Assembly: GCF_018350175.1 (NCBI RefSeq)
Contig: NC_058382.1
Coordinates: 60,018,001 to 60,082,000, forward strand
Direction: 5' to 3'
Source of the DNA: Felis catus
Lineage: Eukaryota
DNA length: 64,000 nucleotides
Notes under the pieces: model-generated
The model's input: the letters and a program-made list of their open reading frames with translations, nothing else
Database searches by the model: none
What the model was told of the DNA's origin: nothing
Program-made: the position numbers and the translations under genes
Shown: positions 62,042 to 64,000 of the stretch, piece after piece
How the letters are laid out: each line of letters starts with the position of its first letter
Position numbering within the stretch: position 1 is the stretch's first letter

Positions 62042-64000
62042 GTAAGAGCAGAGCGCGGGGCCCCCTCGCCAGCCCGCCGGCCCGCCTGGCCCGGTGGCGG
62101 GAGTTGTGCACACGCCGGCGTCCCCTCCTCGGTTCCCTGGCCCCGGGTGTAGCGAGAGGAAGGCACACGTGTGACGTGCAGCCTGAGTGCCTCTGAGTCG
62201 GCTCCCGGGCACGAACCGGCCTGTCGTGTGTCCTCTGCAGCCAGCCCCCCAGATCTTGGAAGGTGTACCTTTCTTCCCTTTACTGTGTCCCACGTGGCTG
62301 GTTCTCAGATGCCAGTGCTTGTAAGTGTTCCTGGAGCATCCTGTGCTTTCCTTCCTATCGGTAGTTACGTGTCTTCTAAAAACACTCACGGTCTAACCCA
62401 GTGGTGCCTGTGGTAGTTTTATACCGTGTGAGTTGAAACTTCATAAAGAATTCACCTAGACTGGAAAGATGTCTCCCCGTCTGTGGCCTGTGTCTCTGTC
62501 CAGGGTGCCCAGTTAGATGCTGGTGTTCCTGGCGTGACCTAAAGCTCAGGCTCTGGGCATCAGTTTCCATCAGCCTTGGCTTCTCGTCTTTTCCCATGGG
62601 GGCTCCAAAGAAAGTCACACTTGTGGTGGCGGCAGAATTTGTCCTTGTAGGTGATGAGAACTTGAAGCGTTTTTGCTAAGGGCTCTCTTGTTGTCGCCTT
62701 GCTGCCAGTGTCTGCTGGGTTCTGCCCTGCCCACGTGCCCTGGGGATGGGAGCAGCGATAAGGGGCAGGTGGTGTTGACCGGGGGTTCCCGGTTTGGTTT
62801 GGGAGTGCTCACGAACACGCTTCACTTTCAAGGTGGCCACTTGTCCCAGTTTGTCTGGGACGGCTGCTGTGTGGGTGTGATTGCTAGTGCCTCGTGTGTC
62901 TGGAATGCCGCGTGGCCCACGCCTGATCTCTGTCCCTAGGGAAGGTGGGCTCATCCGTGGTGTTGCTCGCAGACAGGCTTTCGCCCTGTGTTTGCAGGTG
63001 TCCTACCAGATCCCGCGTGGGTTTCCTCCAGCAGACACTCGTGGACCCTCATCTCTGTAGGCCGTGGGGCTCCACCCTGGCAGAACCAGTGCCTGTTTTC
63101 AGAGCAGTTTTTTTGTGATACCCTCTTATCCCAAAATGTGACGTGAAGAAAACATTTATATTGGAAAAACCAGTAAAATGTCTTAACTGTAGCATAAGGA
63201 GAAATTGAAGGCCGGTGGGGTATAATACGATAACACGTATTTCCGTAAGTGAACGGTTAGGTGAGATGCACGAGGGGGCAGTGAGCAGGCCAGATGCCCA
63301 GACGTCGTATGCGGAGTCCTGGTGGTGGGGAGGGCTGTGGCGTGAGTCCGCACACACTGGGAACTCAAATACTAGTTGGTGATGGAATCCTACAAGATGA
63401 CGAGCCGTTCTTGATGAAGTTTCAAATAAAGCAAAATGGAATTTTTTCTAGACTCGAACGATAGTTGAATTCCCGGAAAGTTCGTTACGTTAAAATTACC
63501 CGAGAACATTTTGCGTTGGAGCGTAGAATAGAGTCAGATGCTAGGCTCAGAGAGCTGTTAGAATCCTGATTTTCCTGGAGTGTCGGGGACATTGGAAGTT
63601 TGTGCAGGAAGATGTTTTGTTAGATGAGCGTGTCTCACGCGCCGAAGGACGTCTTAACCTCCTTGGCCGTACCCGCGAAGTGCCAGCGGTGTCTCGTGAG
63701 TGTGATGACCTGGTACGCCCCACTGGATTTCAGACCCTGCCCCCAGCAGTTCCAGTGGGAACTGCTGCTCCCGGGCACGAGAAGAGAATGACTCGTGAGC
63801 AAGCAGCCGGCCCGTGCCGAGGGTGGTCCTCCTTCGTGTGTGACTTCCTTACCTGTGTTTGGAAGAGGTAATCTTGACGAGTCAGGGAAAGTGTCGACGA
63901 AGTCTGCCCGTTCAGATTCCACAGCTGATGCCTCGTGACGGTTCCGTCAGGGGCAGGCGGGTGAGTTCCAGGTCTGAAGGGTGCTGTTGCAGCTGCGGTT

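Noticed and set aside
1..64000. CRISPR array, operon or other prokaryotic/defence system
   Set aside because: No regularly spaced repeat-spacer array and no dense intronless genes; the sequence is intron-rich mammalian DNA.

Overview
Mammalian genomic DNA. About 25 tRNA-derived CAN-SINEs of the SINEC_Fc type indicate a felid carnivore. The window is the CA5A-BANP head-to-head locus (syntenic with human 16q24). On the minus strand are CA5A coding exons 1-2 (mitochondrial carbonic anhydrase VA); exon 3 onward was not found and presumably lies left of position 1. On the plus strand are the BANP CpG-island promoter, a non-coding exon 1 and coding exons 2-4; the BEN-domain exons lie right of the window. 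The rest is intronic or intergenic, with SINEs, old L1/LTR/DNA-transposon fragments and simple repeats. Almost all ORFs in the track are GC-rich or repeat-derived noise. I see no evidence of a novel multi-gene system. The most interesting signals are: a BANP-type CGCG element at BANP's own start, four ZNF143-type motifs with splice donors pointing both ways, an order-permuted local duplication in BANP intron 1, a TATA/GC-box cassette inside CA5A intron 2, and a tandem duplication doubling a TCGCGA core. Repeat-family names and comparisons to human proteins are from memory, not from searches.
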